Source: an uncultured Clostridia bacterium
GTDB taxonomy: Bacteria > Bacillota > Clostridia > Christensenellales > UBA1242
Direction of reading: 5' to 3'
NCBI GenBank assembly: GCA_934778205.1
Contig: CAKVOD010000004.1
Span: 40,219 to 64,218, forward strand
Length of the DNA stretch: 24,000 nucleotides
The position numbers were made by a program, and so were the translations under genes. This document shows, piece by piece, positions 1 through 10,433 of the stretch (the stretch's first letter is position 1; each line of letters begins with the position of its first letter). Under the pieces are notes generated by a model. That model worked only from the letters and a program-made list of their open reading frames with translations. It searched no databases and was not told the DNA's origin.

Positions 1-497
1 ATTATTTCATTTTGATACTTTGCCAAAAATCCTATTGCATTCTCTCCAAACTGCTCTATCAACCTATTTGTAAATTTATTATATACATCTTCTGGTCCAA
101 TTCTATTAGCAGATATATAAAATAAATTATTTTCTTCTATTAATCGAAATTGAGATGATAAGTCTTTACACATTATAGTCTTCCCATTGGGATTCGAACA
201 TAAAATCATTTTGCATGTTTCTTTTTTTTCATTAATTAGCTCTATTATTACATCTTTATCGGAAGAAATTGCAGCGTTCTTAATTTCTGTAAAATCATCA
301 AAATGCACAAATTTACCATTACTTATAAATTTTTCTTTATCAAGTTGATTGTTTTGTAAATGTATTAATATTGCTTGATTTACTGTTGATTTTCCTGATG
401 AATTAGGCCCACAAATAACATTAAAGTTTTTTAACACGATAGGAGGTGTTTTTTCATCAAAACATTTAAAATTTTTAATTATTATCTTACTTATCAT
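1..497 (-). CDS. P-loop ATPase (AAA_15/AAA_21-like), N-terminal ~165 aa only; the gene runs off the left edge
   Basis: My reverse-complement translation from the ATG at 497-495 gives MISKIIIKNFKCFDEKTPPIVLKNFNVICGPNSSGKSTVNQAILIH..., with Walker A GPNSSGKST and later ...LFYISANRIGPEDVY.... The frame stays open to position 1. It starts 10 nt after the stop of the DUF262 gene. It is absent from the ORF track because it is truncated. Confidence 0.75.
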   Translation of the reverse strand, partial: MISKIIIKNFKCFDEKTPPIVLKNFNVICGPNSSGKSTVNQAILIHLQNNQLDKEKFISNGKFVHFDDFTEIKNAAISSDKDVIIELINEKKETCKMILCSNPNGKTIMCKDLSSQFRLIEENNLFYISANRIGPEDVYNKFTNRLIEQFGENAIGFLAKYQNEI

Positions 498-506
498 AAT
501 CGTATC

Positions 507-2000
507 TTACCCTTTGTATTTGACAATGATTGTTTTAATCCACTTAATTCTTTGCTCAAAATTATCCCTTGAATCTCTATGATATTTAATATTTTGGAAG
601 AAAGGTGTATTTCCTTCTTTATCCACCTTTTCTTTTTCAAAATTGCGAAAATCTTCTAACATATTATTTAAATTTTCCAAACCAATCAAATTCTTTCTTG
701 CTAAACTAACAAATGTTAGTGATACCTCAAACAAAATCATATTTATTGGCGAATTATTCTCTAATCTGAATGCGTTTTGCCCCAAATATTTTAATGCGTC
801 TGAATATGATTGTAAAAAATCTTTTTCAATTTCATCAATCTGTTCGTCAGAAAAGGTATTAATTGCATCCATTGCTTCTGATAAAAAAGTATTTATTTCA
901 TTATACTCCACATTATGAGTAATTAATTTGCCATCATAATGTTTTAATTTGCCCTCAATATATAAACGCATTGCTATATATCTAAGCATTAAATACCTAT
1001 CTTTCATTCTATTTTTAGCGCTCAATGATAGAACATCTAATTCCTCAGATAATTTTTTCAACATATCCGTAATAGGTCCTTGATGCAAAGCGTGTCTAAG
1101 TTCTTGATTATTGAGTTTTATTCCCCCTTGATTTACTCTTTTGAATATTTGCAATTTGAATATTTCAGAAGTTTCAAATCCAACCCTAATAATATGCAAA
1201 TGAGCATCTTCTAATTTTGCTTTGTATTTTTCTAAATCTTCTGTTGAATTATTTGTCAAATCTCTACATTTTTTACCATTTAAATTCGTTAAAAATTCTA
1301 ATCCTCTTAGAGGATATTTATTATTTAAAAACTCAAATATAGCGGATAATCTTTGTCTCCCATCAATAACAATCAAGCTATTATTCTTGCCTTCATATAC
1401 GTAAATATATGGTATAGGAATTCCCAATAAAAGACTTTCTATTAATTGGCTTTTTTTCACGGAATTCCAAATGTTGTTTCGTTGAAATGTTTCATTAAGT
1501 ATAATTGCTCCAGAGCTACTACCAGAAAGAGTTCTATCATATCTTCTTTTTAACTCATAAACAGAATAATTCACTGGCTCACATTCAACATATTTCTTCT
1601 GTATATCATCAAAATTATTATCGTCATAATCATCACAAGACAAATCTTCATCTATCGTAGCTTCAGTATATGTATCAGACAACTTATTTTGATTGTATAA
1701 ATAGTATTCTGATGCAAATAAGCGTTGTTCACCCTCATTATTAATTGTCATAGTTGATAGATTTGAATCATAATCAACAAATCGTGGGTAGATTTTTTTG
1801 TGAGAAATTAAATTCCTTACTTTTTGACTAAATCTAGTATCTTTTCTTCCAAACAATATTTCAGCATCTTCACCTTGTGGATCTAAAACTTTTATCAATG
1901 ATTTTACTAAATCACTTGTCGTGATTGTACCTCCAACTCTATAAATTTCAAACAAAGCTGGATCTATCAATTCTTCTTCACAATATCTTTTTTCTTCCAT
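507..2000 (-). CDS. DUF262 (ParB/Srx-fold, GmrSD N-terminal-half-like) protein with an extra ~140-aa N-terminal region
   Basis: 497-aa ORF. DUF262 signatures are ETFQRNNIWNSVKKSQLIESLLLGIPIP and VIDGRQRLSAIFEFL, then NQGGIKLNNQELRHA. I saw no DUF1524/His-Me nuclease motif in the C-terminal half. Strong RBS AAGGAG 6 nt upstream of the ATG at 2000. Confidence 0.8.
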   Translation of the reverse strand: MEEKRYCEEELIDPALFEIYRVGGTITTSDLVKSLIKVLDPQGEDAEILFGRKDTRFSQKVRNLISHKKIYPRFVDYDSNLSTMTINNEGEQRLFASEYYLYNQNKLSDTYTEATIDEDLSCDDYDDNNFDDIQKKYVECEPVNYSVYELKRRYDRTLSGSSSGAIILNETFQRNNIWNSVKKSQLIESLLLGIPIPYIYVYEGKNNSLIVIDGRQRLSAIFEFLNNKYPLRGLEFLTNLNGKKCRDLTNNSTEDLEKYKAKLEDAHLHIIRVGFETSEIFKLQIFKRVNQGGIKLNNQELRHALHQGPITDMLKKLSEELDVLSLSAKNRMKDRYLMLRYIAMRLYIEGKLKHYDGKLITHNVEYNEINTFLSEAMDAINTFSDEQIDEIEKDFLQSYSDALKYLGQNAFRLENNSPINMILFEVSLTFVSLARKNLIGLENLNNMLEDFRNFEKEKVDKEGNTPFFQNIKYHRDSRDNFEQRIKWIKTIIVKYKG

Positions 2001-2010
2001 AAAAAACTCC

Positions 2011-3132
2011 TTAATAATTCATAATAATTAAATGCTTTACTTCTTTTTTGTTCCTATTTTTAAAACTTACAAAATAAGATTTGTTCTCTTCTATTATTCT
2101 TAATCCCTTATTTATATACAAACTTTTAATGAAATCTGTCTCTTTTATAACCAGCATAAAACGACATTTGCATTCATTTGTTAAATAATTAGCCAGTCTT
2201 ATTTGATCTTCCATCCCAAACGCATTCTTATCATATTCACTAAATGTAGTATCATATGGCGGATCTAAGAACATAAAGTCATTAGAATTAATTTCTATAT
2301 TATTTACGAAATCATAGAAATCATTTGTAGATAACGCGGTATTGTTTAATAATTCTCGCAAACTTTTTAATTTATAATAGGCTAATTTTGTCTTTAAAGT
2401 TTTTTTGTTATAAGAAACTCCTCCATATGGCACATTGAATCCTCCATTACTATTAAATCTAAACATAGAAGAATAACAATACTCCCTTATAAATAAATAA
2501 ACTGCAACCTTCCTTTTATTATCCAATCCTGCATACTCTTTAGGATTATTATAAGCATCTCTTAAATAAGTATAATATGCTGATTTAATACCTGCCTCTA
2601 AGTTGTTTTTTAACTCTTCACCTTCCAATTTTCTTTCTTTTTTTATCTCATTCTTTTTGATTAAGTTTATCCTTCTCAAAAGGCATTCTGATAAATATTT
2701 CTCAAACTTCACATTATTTCTTAAATTGAACATTGGTATATCATCAATCTTTTCATTTATAATTAAGCTTAAATCACTGGATATTTCTAAATTCTCATTT
2801 TCTCTAAATCTTAAATATAAGTTCATTAATCTTACATCATTTGCTAATTCTGTAAGCTTATCCCAATTTTGTATAATGTTTGTCAATTCATCAAAAAACG
2901 GTTTGCTATGGCTCTTTACATATTCGTATAAAAGCATTAACTCTTCTGATTTGTCATTTATATAATTTTTATTGTTGTTCGCCAAAGCGAAATAAACCGC
3001 TCCCCCGCCTACAAACGGCTCTATGTAATTATTAATCCCTTGTGGTAAATTATCAAGTATAATATTCAACTCAGATGTTTTCCCCCCAGGATACTTTAAT
3101 AACGGTTTTAAATTTTTATCTATATACATCAA
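2011..3132 (-). CDS. D12-class (Dam-like, alpha-type) N6-adenine DNA methyltransferase
   Basis: 373-aa ORF. N-terminal LKYPGGKTSEL and IEPFVGGGAVYF (AdoMet motif I), C-terminal FLDPPYDTT (catalytic motif IV). The track start at 3132 is TTG; the next codon (3129) is ATG, and either could be the real start. Confidence 0.9.
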   Translation of the reverse strand: MMYIDKNLKPLLKYPGGKTSELNIILDNLPQGINNYIEPFVGGGAVYFALANNNKNYINDKSEELMLLYEYVKSHSKPFFDELTNIIQNWDKLTELANDVRLMNLYLRFRENENLEISSDLSLIINEKIDDIPMFNLRNNVKFEKYLSECLLRRINLIKKNEIKKERKLEGEELKNNLEAGIKSAYYTYLRDAYNNPKEYAGLDNKRKVAVYLFIREYCYSSMFRFNSNGGFNVPYGGVSYNKKTLKTKLAYYKLKSLRELLNNTALSTNDFYDFVNNIEINSNDFMFLDPPYDTTFSEYDKNAFGMEDQIRLANYLTNECKCRFMLVIKETDFIKSLYINKGLRIIEENKSYFVSFKNRNKKEVKHLIIMNY

Positions 3133-3161
3133 TTAATTATAATCTCCTCTTTATATACTAT

Positions 3162-3170
3162 ATTATAGCA
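3162..3170 (-). promoter_or_regulatory. Possible extended -10 promoter (TGCTATAAT) for the methyltransferase operon
   Basis: The minus strand reads ...TTTATGCTATAATATAGTATATAAAGAGGAG..., about 30 nt upstream of the start codon. No good -35 element was seen. Confidence 0.35.
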
Positions 3171-3430
3171 TAAATATTTTTTATTTGCTTTGTTTTTATC
3201 ATTTTTTTTTATTGTATCATAATTTTTTATTTAAAGTCAGTTTTCAGCAATAACTTCATAGCAATATTAATTTTGTAGATGGTTTTAATGGTCTCAAAAT
3301 GGATGAAAATATTTACGTATATATTGCACACTTTTTACAAGCAAAAAATCATTATTGTTTTGCTTAAGCATCAAACTTACAATGCCACAACGAAATTTTG
3401 TAACTAAAATATTGATTAATTATTTCTGCA

Positions 3431-3676
3431 ATGCTCACGCATAAATGCTTGAAAAAATCAAATACTATTTGTATGAAAGAAATCGAAACAATTGAAAAAA
3501 CAAATTTTGAACTGAGTGAACTAGAAAAGCAAATTTTAGATGAACACACCGAAAAGACTGCTCAACAACTGGCTCATTACATTGAATTAAAACGCAAAAA
3601 ATTGTATCTAAAGAAAAAACTCAGCGACCAACGCGTTGAGTCTATTAAATCGGAACTCAAAGATTCCCTAAAATAG
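3431..3676 (+). CDS. Small hypothetical charged/coiled-coil protein (81 aa, or 67 aa from the internal MKEIETIEK)
   Basis: It is the only plus-strand ORF in an otherwise empty gap and is convergent with tatD. The sequence is Lys/Glu-rich. I found no convincing Shine-Dalgarno for either ATG. Confidence 0.3.
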   Translation: MLTHKCLKKSNTICMKEIETIEKTNFELSELEKQILDEHTEKTAQQLAHYIELKRKKLYLKKKLSDQRVESIKSELKDSLK

Positions 3677-3690
3677 TATTGTTATTATAC

Positions 3691-4482
3691 TTAATCAATC
3701 TTGAAAAACAATTGTTCAGTGTTTTGCTTCGTAATTTCAAACACGCGTTCAATGTCCACGCCTTTGATTTGCGAAATACATTCGGCAACATAATACACGT
3801 TTTTCGGCTCATTAGGCTTATCGCGCATTGTGCGTGGTGACATATACGGACTATCCGTTTCAATCAAAAGCCTATCAAGCGGAATATAGGCGAGCGCTTC
3901 ACGCAGATGCTCGTTTGTTTTGTATGTGACGTTACACGTGAACGAAATGTTAAACCCCAAATCAAGCGCCCTTCGCGCTTTGTCCTTGTTCCCGCCAAAA
4001 CAGTGCATAACTCCGCCACGTTTTGGATAAATATTATTTACTGCTTCAAAAAAGTCACTATATGAATCCCAATGCGATGAAAAATCAACGCCATCACGTA
4101 TGTGAAATATAGCAGGTAAATCAACTTCATTACACAAACTCAGTTGTCTTTCAAGCACTTCTATTTGTTCTTTTACTGGCGAAAGATTGTAGAAATAATC
4201 CAATCCAAATTCGCCAAGCGCAACAACTTTATGATTGCCTGCATTTTGCAAAATGAACTTTTCACAATTAGCGTCAAAATTCTTTGCATCGTGCGGGTGT
4301 ACCGCAAGTGCTGAATACACCTTTTCATTCTTTTGACTTAAATCAAATGCTTTTTGCATACTTTCATAGTCACAACTAGGAATGATGACATAATCAATGT
4401 TGTCATTTGCAAAATTTGCGATTATTTCATCACATCGACTGCTAATTTTTTCGTCATATAAATGACAATGGCTATCAACCAT
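3691..4482 (-). CDS. tatD: TatD-family metal-dependent hydrolase/DNase
   Basis: [10 protein letters not shown]... N-terminus, ...GEFGLDY..., ...HCFGG..., ...LLIETDSPYM. The track start (4488) is TTG. The ATG at 4482 follows AGAGG and overlaps the upstream stop as TAATG. Confidence 0.9.
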   Translation of the reverse strand: MVDSHCHLYDEKISSRCDEIIANFANDNIDYVIIPSCDYESMQKAFDLSQKNEKVYSALAVHPHDAKNFDANCEKFILQNAGNHKVVALGEFGLDYFYNLSPVKEQIEVLERQLSLCNEVDLPAIFHIRDGVDFSSHWDSYSDFFEAVNNIYPKRGGVMHCFGGNKDKARRALDLGFNISFTCNVTYKTNEHLREALAYIPLDRLLIETDSPYMSPRTMRDKPNEPKNVYYVAECISQIKGVDIERVFEITKQNTEQLFFKID

Positions 4483-4904
4483 TAACAAACCTCTGAACCA
4501 CTTGCAATTTCACCCTCAGGGCTAACAATCTTAAGTTCATCGTCATTTGACGCGCAAAGAATCATTCCTTCGCTGACAATTCCACGCATTTTTCGCGGTT
4601 GCAAGTTTGCAACAACAACGACGTTTTTGCCGACCATTTCTTCTGGCGTATAAAACTTTGCAATCCCACTAACGATTGTGCGAACTTCGTCGCCGATTTG
4701 AATTCTCGATTTCAATAATTTGTCCGCATTTTCAACCTTTTCACATTCCAAAACCTTGCCGACGCGCAATTCAACTTTGAAAAAGTCGTCAATTGAAATT
4801 CGAGGCATCTTTTCTTCTTCTACTTCATTGTTTTCGGTTGCTAGCTTTGCTTCCATCTCTTTTTTTGCACATTCAGCGCAACAACATTTCTTTTCTTCTT
4901 CCAT
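4482..4904 (-). CDS. Stand-alone tRNA-binding (EMAP/Trbp111/CsaA/MetRS C-terminal-like) domain protein
   Basis: 140 aa. [80 protein letters not shown] matches the OB-fold tRNA-binding domain. RBS GGTAAGGAGA lies upstream of the ATG at 4904. Confidence 0.85.
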   Translation of the reverse strand: MEEEKKCCCAECAKKEMEAKLATENNEVEEEKMPRISIDDFFKVELRVGKVLECEKVENADKLLKSRIQIGDEVRTIVSGIAKFYTPEEMVGKNVVVVANLQPRKMRGIVSEGMILCASNDDELKIVSPEGEIASGSEVC

Positions 4905-4924
4905 AATAATCTCCTTACCCGCAT

Positions 4925-4953
4925 AGTATACACTTATTTACTTAATAAGTCAA
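4925..4953 (-). promoter_or_regulatory. Sigma-A-type promoter for the tRNA-binding-protein/tatD operon
   Basis: Minus strand: TTGACT (4953-4948), 17 nt, TATACT (4930-4925), about 20 nt upstream of the RBS. Confidence 0.5.
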
Positions 4954-5041
4954 GCGGACTTTGACATCATAGCGTGCTACTTTGGTGTAGCGCGATAATT
5001 TCGCTTGCTATTATAAACGTTATTCACATTGTATTCACAAT

Positions 5042-5075
5042 CAAAAAACAAGCCGTGTTTTTATGGCTTGTTTTG
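5042..5075 (-). terminator. Rho-independent terminator after the CotF-like gene pair
   Basis: Minus strand: AAAACAAGCC-ATAAAAACAC-GGCTTGTTTTTTGATTG. A 10-bp stem runs into a T tract, about 60 nt after the stop at 5134. Confidence 0.6.
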
Positions 5076-5133
5076 CTCTTTGCTATAGATTAAGCAATTA
5101 TTGTAGATTATGCAATTATTATTGTTTACTTGA

Positions 5134-5418
5134 TTATTCTTCGTTTAGTTTTGTTTCAAGTTCTGATTGCATTTGCGTGTGCATTTTGATTGCTTGGTTT
5201 ACATCTTTTGTTTGTGCGACCGTTGTTGGATAGAACCCCTTGTCGTTCATAATCTTGAACACCTTGAAATCCTGTTCCGACGATGCTTTTGAAAGGTCGC
5301 TAAATAGATTTCTTAGTGTGGGATTGCTACATTCAAGCCCAAACTGACAGTACATATGCAACATAAATTTTTGTGCGATTAGCACATCTTGCAAAATTTC
5401 TTGTTCAGTTAATTCCAT
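5134..5418 (-). CDS. Spore coat protein F (Coat_F domain) family protein
   Basis: LTEQEILQDVLIAQKFMLHMYCQFGLECSNPTLRNLFSDLSKASSEQDFKVFKIMNDKGFYP fits the Coat_F pattern. The start is re-set to the ATG at 5418, which is preceded by GGGGGA. The track start at 5442 overlaps the upstream gene. Confidence 0.75.
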   Translation of the reverse strand: MELTEQEILQDVLIAQKFMLHMYCQFGLECSNPTLRNLFSDLSKASSEQDFKVFKIMNDKGFYPTTVAQTKDVNQAIKMHTQMQSELETKLNEE

Positions 5419-5419
5419 A

Positions 5420-5632
5420 TTACTTTCCCCCTTCCTGCGCATTTGATTTTACATACGAAAGCAACTTTGCGTGATTGTCGTAATGCACTTGTGCCATTGA
5501 TTTAAACAGATTTGCGGTGCTTTTTTCAACTGCCATCACGCTATAATTTTTCAATTTGACAGCCAGCCAGTTCTCAAATGTCATCAACTCATTGAGCGCC
5601 ATTAGGTCTTTTGTGGTAATTTCTTTTTTCAT
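5420..5632 (-). CDS. Small Coat_F-like partner protein (70 aa)
   Basis: Helical protein ...LMALNELMTFENWLAVKLKNYSVMAVEKSTANLFKSMAQVHYDNHAKLL..., 1 nt upstream of the CotF-like gene. The ATG at 5632 is preceded by GGAGG; the track start at 5644 is GTG. Confidence 0.6.
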   Translation of the reverse strand: MKKEITTKDLMALNELMTFENWLAVKLKNYSVMAVEKSTANLFKSMAQVHYDNHAKLLSYVKSNAQEGGK

Positions 5633-5679
5633 AATAACCTCCACAAAAAGTTTTGACTTATTTACTAAATATATTCACG

Positions 5680-5718
5680 CAAAAAACAAGGACACAGAAT
5701 AATTTGCTTTGTGTCCTC
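5680..5718 (-). terminator. Rho-independent terminator after the 96-aa gene
   Basis: Minus strand: AGGACACA-AAGCAAATTATTC-TGTGTCCT followed by TGTTTTTTGCG. Confidence 0.65.
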
Positions 5719-5732
5719 AAAATTATATACAA

Positions 5733-7609
<1,877 letters not shown>

Positions 7610-7676
7610 TTTCTACCTCCGTTAGTTATATTATACCCTATTCTATTTTTTTTTCAAAGCGTTTTGCAAACTATAT

Positions 7677-7706
7677 CAAAATAAGGACAGAATTCCACCG
7701 TCCTTA
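7677..7706 (-). terminator. Rho-independent terminator after the GLUG surface-protein gene
   Basis: Minus strand: TAAGGAC-GGTGGAATTCT-GTCCTTA followed by TTTTGATAT, about 15 nt after the stop at 7722. Confidence 0.6.
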
Positions 7707-7721
7707 TGCTATTTTTTCATA

Positions 7722-10289
7722 TTAAATCACTATCCAATTGTTGACATTTCCAGCGCCAGAAATAGTTATCGTGATATTTGTATCGGCAGTAACACCGTTC
7801 TCATATATTTTCTTGCGCGTTGTTTCCGTTACGCCAGCGGTTGCGTCATTGAACGTGCAAACCGAATACAATGTCTCATATACCATTATTGAAAACTTGG
7901 TACTTACTTCGATTTGAAAGGAATAACTTTTGCCATTTTGTGCAACAACTTGCCTTGTCGGATTGTTGTCCGCATCCAAAATGTACACAATAAAATCTCT
8001 ATCAATTTTTATATCAAAAGTGATTTGTACATATTTTGTTGTTGAAGGCGTTGTACTTTCTTCCCAGTTAGCGGTGTACAATTTATTTCCATATCCTGAA
8101 ACACGCATATTTAGTCTCTTAGTACTACTTGTTGGACTAGTCCACCCCGTGAAAGTATAGCCTGATTTCACAGGTGTTCCTAAGTAAAATCCACTTGTAC
8201 TATTAGTATATGATGTCACCTTATTAGAAAGTATACCGCCGTCTAGATTGTAGGCAATTATATACTCAATATCTCCAAATCCAACATCTTTGACATAAAT
8301 CGTAGCATCACTATCCCCCGCAGTATAATATGTGATAGGGTTAGTGCCATCTTCGTTGAGCGAAAAAGTTGCAGAGATGGTCTTTTTCCCTATCTTACTA
8401 TATAGGTTTATCTTTGATAAATTAATCAACATTCCTTTTTTCAAAGATATACAACTAATAGTATTAGAAGATGATGCACTAGATTCATACTTAAATGACA
8501 ACGTAACTGTATCAAATTTCAAATAAGGGGCACCATGCCCGTTACCATACTCATCACCATCACTTCCGTCATTTTGAAAATCCCAAACCGTATCAAAATT
8601 CCACGAATAATTTGCATCCCAATGTGTGGATGCCGAAAATTGCGACTTATTGTGCGCTAAGGCATCTAGCTCTGTTTTGCTTTTTCTAACAACATTATTA
8701 AACGTATTGGCGTCACCCGCTGATATCCTTCCACCACTTGAATCATCTAAGCATATGCCACTAATGTTATCCCCATAAGATGTTGTTCCTGCCATATATC
8801 CCCAAAATTGAGTACCTATAAAAGCTGTCCCATTACCATTCCATGGTATAAAATCAACAGCATTCAAGCATTGCTGAATTTTCGCACCTAAAGATAAATA
8901 TCCCGCAATTCCACCCATATATACGGACACTGTCATATTTGATGGGGGTTCACATAGTCTTATATAATTGACACAATTTACGATAATTCCATTATCAATA
9001 TATCCTACAATCCCACCTATACTAGATCCATTTGACCCCTTAAAATACTCCGACACGCTCACTATGGTGCCATCGCCGACACAATTGCTCACGATAGAAG
9101 ATTCAGTTGTCACTTTTCCGACAATACCCCCCACAAAAAGCCCATCACCATTACTGCGACCACTCAAATTCATATTGACCCATCCTCTACTATTAGACAC
9201 TTTGCCTCCTTCCGATAGTCCGACTACGCCACCTATATAAGTCATATCTCCATAATAGATGCCATCAGCGCTACATGAACCACTAGACTTTTCAACGGTA
9301 ACACCACTTCCAATTTTACCGGCGATACCACCTAAATAACCGTCTTTACATCTATCTACACTTGGCGAATTATTGCTAAAGCAGCCGCTTATAGTCCCTT
9401 TGATCATTTGCCCGATAATACCACCGCTATAAATATCATATCGATCCACTATCCGATTCACCTCAATCGTAGCACAGTTAAAACAATTAGTGATATTTAA
9501 TGTTCCGCCTCCGCCTTGAGAACCAACTATTCCGCCGACATATTCGGCCTGTTGTCCAGAATCGTAAAAATAAATCGTTCCATAATTGTGACAATTTTCT
9601 ATATTAACACTTCCACTACTACCAATTTGTTGTACTGCTCCAACTATTCCGCCTGCTTGCGAACCCCCTGAAATTATAATTTCAGCCGTGTTATAACAAT
9701 TTTTTATTGTTACTGTTGAAGAATTAGGCCGCAAAAAAACTTGCTTCGCAATTGCTCCAATAACAGCAGTTGAAGTAGGGCTAATTGTCCCTCCTATTCC
9801 TACATTCAAAATCTGCGCACCAGAATTCAGTCTAACAAATAATCCATTATAAGCACTATCAAAAGTGATTACTTTGTTATTGCCATCAAAAATGCCATTA
9901 AAGCTTGAAATCCCGTCCCAATGCATCTCTTCCCCAACAACTATATATGTTGCAGGAACGCTAATGTCGGCAGTCAATTTGTATGATTTATCTAAAAGCG
10001 TATTTCCGCTCGCATCGGCACCTCCCTTCAAATATAGCAATTGCTCAAAGGTTGCAATTTGATATGGGTTTGATTCCGTACCGTCGCCAGCGGCAAAACT
10101 CGTTGCGACATTGACAGTGTTTGCACTATCCACTGAGATTGTTTTCTGTGGATTTTTTGCTGTGTTCAAAGTGATTGCAAGCACCAAGCCGACACACGAC
10201 AAAACCAACAAAAGCCACAGCACGATTTGAACTGGAGCGAATAGGTGTTTATTCAGTTTTACATTGTTGTTTTTGTTGAGGTTTTTCAT
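7722..10289 (-). CDS. Large signal-anchored surface protein with GLUG-type repeats and a Listeria-Bacteroides (Flg_new) repeat
   Basis: 855 aa. The N-terminus is basic then hydrophobic (LFAPVQIVLWLLLVLSCVGLVLAITL). At least 8 G-G-I/V-V/A-G motifs are present (AGGIVGAV, VGGIVGSQ, SGGIIGQM, LGGIAGKI, IGGVVGLS, VGGIVGKV, IGGIVGYI, MGGIAGYL). YNLDGG...GYTFTGWTS is typical of the Flg_new repeat. RBS GGAGGTG lies upstream of the ATG at 10289. Confidence 0.85.
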   Translation of the reverse strand: MKNLNKNNNVKLNKHLFAPVQIVLWLLLVLSCVGLVLAITLNTAKNPQKTISVDSANTVNVATSFAAGDGTESNPYQIATFEQLLYLKGGADASGNTLLDKSYKLTADISVPATYIVVGEEMHWDGISSFNGIFDGNNKVITFDSAYNGLFVRLNSGAQILNVGIGGTISPTSTAVIGAIAKQVFLRPNSSTVTIKNCYNTAEIIISGGSQAGGIVGAVQQIGSSGSVNIENCHNYGTIYFYDSGQQAEYVGGIVGSQGGGGTLNITNCFNCATIEVNRIVDRYDIYSGGIIGQMIKGTISGCFSNNSPSVDRCKDGYLGGIAGKIGSGVTVEKSSGSCSADGIYYGDMTYIGGVVGLSEGGKVSNSRGWVNMNLSGRSNGDGLFVGGIVGKVTTESSIVSNCVGDGTIVSVSEYFKGSNGSSIGGIVGYIDNGIIVNCVNYIRLCEPPSNMTVSVYMGGIAGYLSLGAKIQQCLNAVDFIPWNGNGTAFIGTQFWGYMAGTTSYGDNISGICLDDSSGGRISAGDANTFNNVVRKSKTELDALAHNKSQFSASTHWDANYSWNFDTVWDFQNDGSDGDEYGNGHGAPYLKFDTVTLSFKYESSASSSNTISCISLKKGMLINLSKINLYSKIGKKTISATFSLNEDGTNPITYYTAGDSDATIYVKDVGFGDIEYIIAYNLDGGILSNKVTSYTNSTSGFYLGTPVKSGYTFTGWTSPTSSTKRLNMRVSGYGNKLYTANWEESTTPSTTKYVQITFDIKIDRDFIVYILDADNNPTRQVVAQNGKSYSFQIEVSTKFSIMVYETLYSVCTFNDATAGVTETTRKKIYENGVTADTNITITISGAGNVNNWIVI

Positions 10290-10373
10290 TACATCACCTC
10301 CACAACGCGGGCGTTGTTTACGACAATGCTGAAAGGACTCAAATTGAGGCTTTTATGGCTTTTGGTGGATAGA

Positions 10374-10433
10374 CCCCTTCCGGGAGATTTCTCCGCTGCA
10401 GCGAACAAGTTCGCTTTCGGTCGAAATGACAAA
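10374..10433 (-). repeat. Interspersed three-hairpin element, copy A (in the 5' leader of the GLUG gene)
   Basis: The plus strand reads CCCCTTCCGGGAGATTTCTCC-GCTGCA-GCGAACAAGTTCGC-TTTCGGTCGAAATGACAAA. The conserved flanks are identical to copy B at 22466-22529. Confidence 0.6.

Noticed and set aside
7930-10062. Plus-strand ORFs antisense to the GLUG gene, for example 8968-9240, a Pro/Thr-rich 90-aa ORF.
   Set aside because: They lie entirely inside a well-supported 855-aa minus-strand CDS. Their composition mirrors the Gly/Gly-Ile-Val codons of the sense strand. No RBS was seen.
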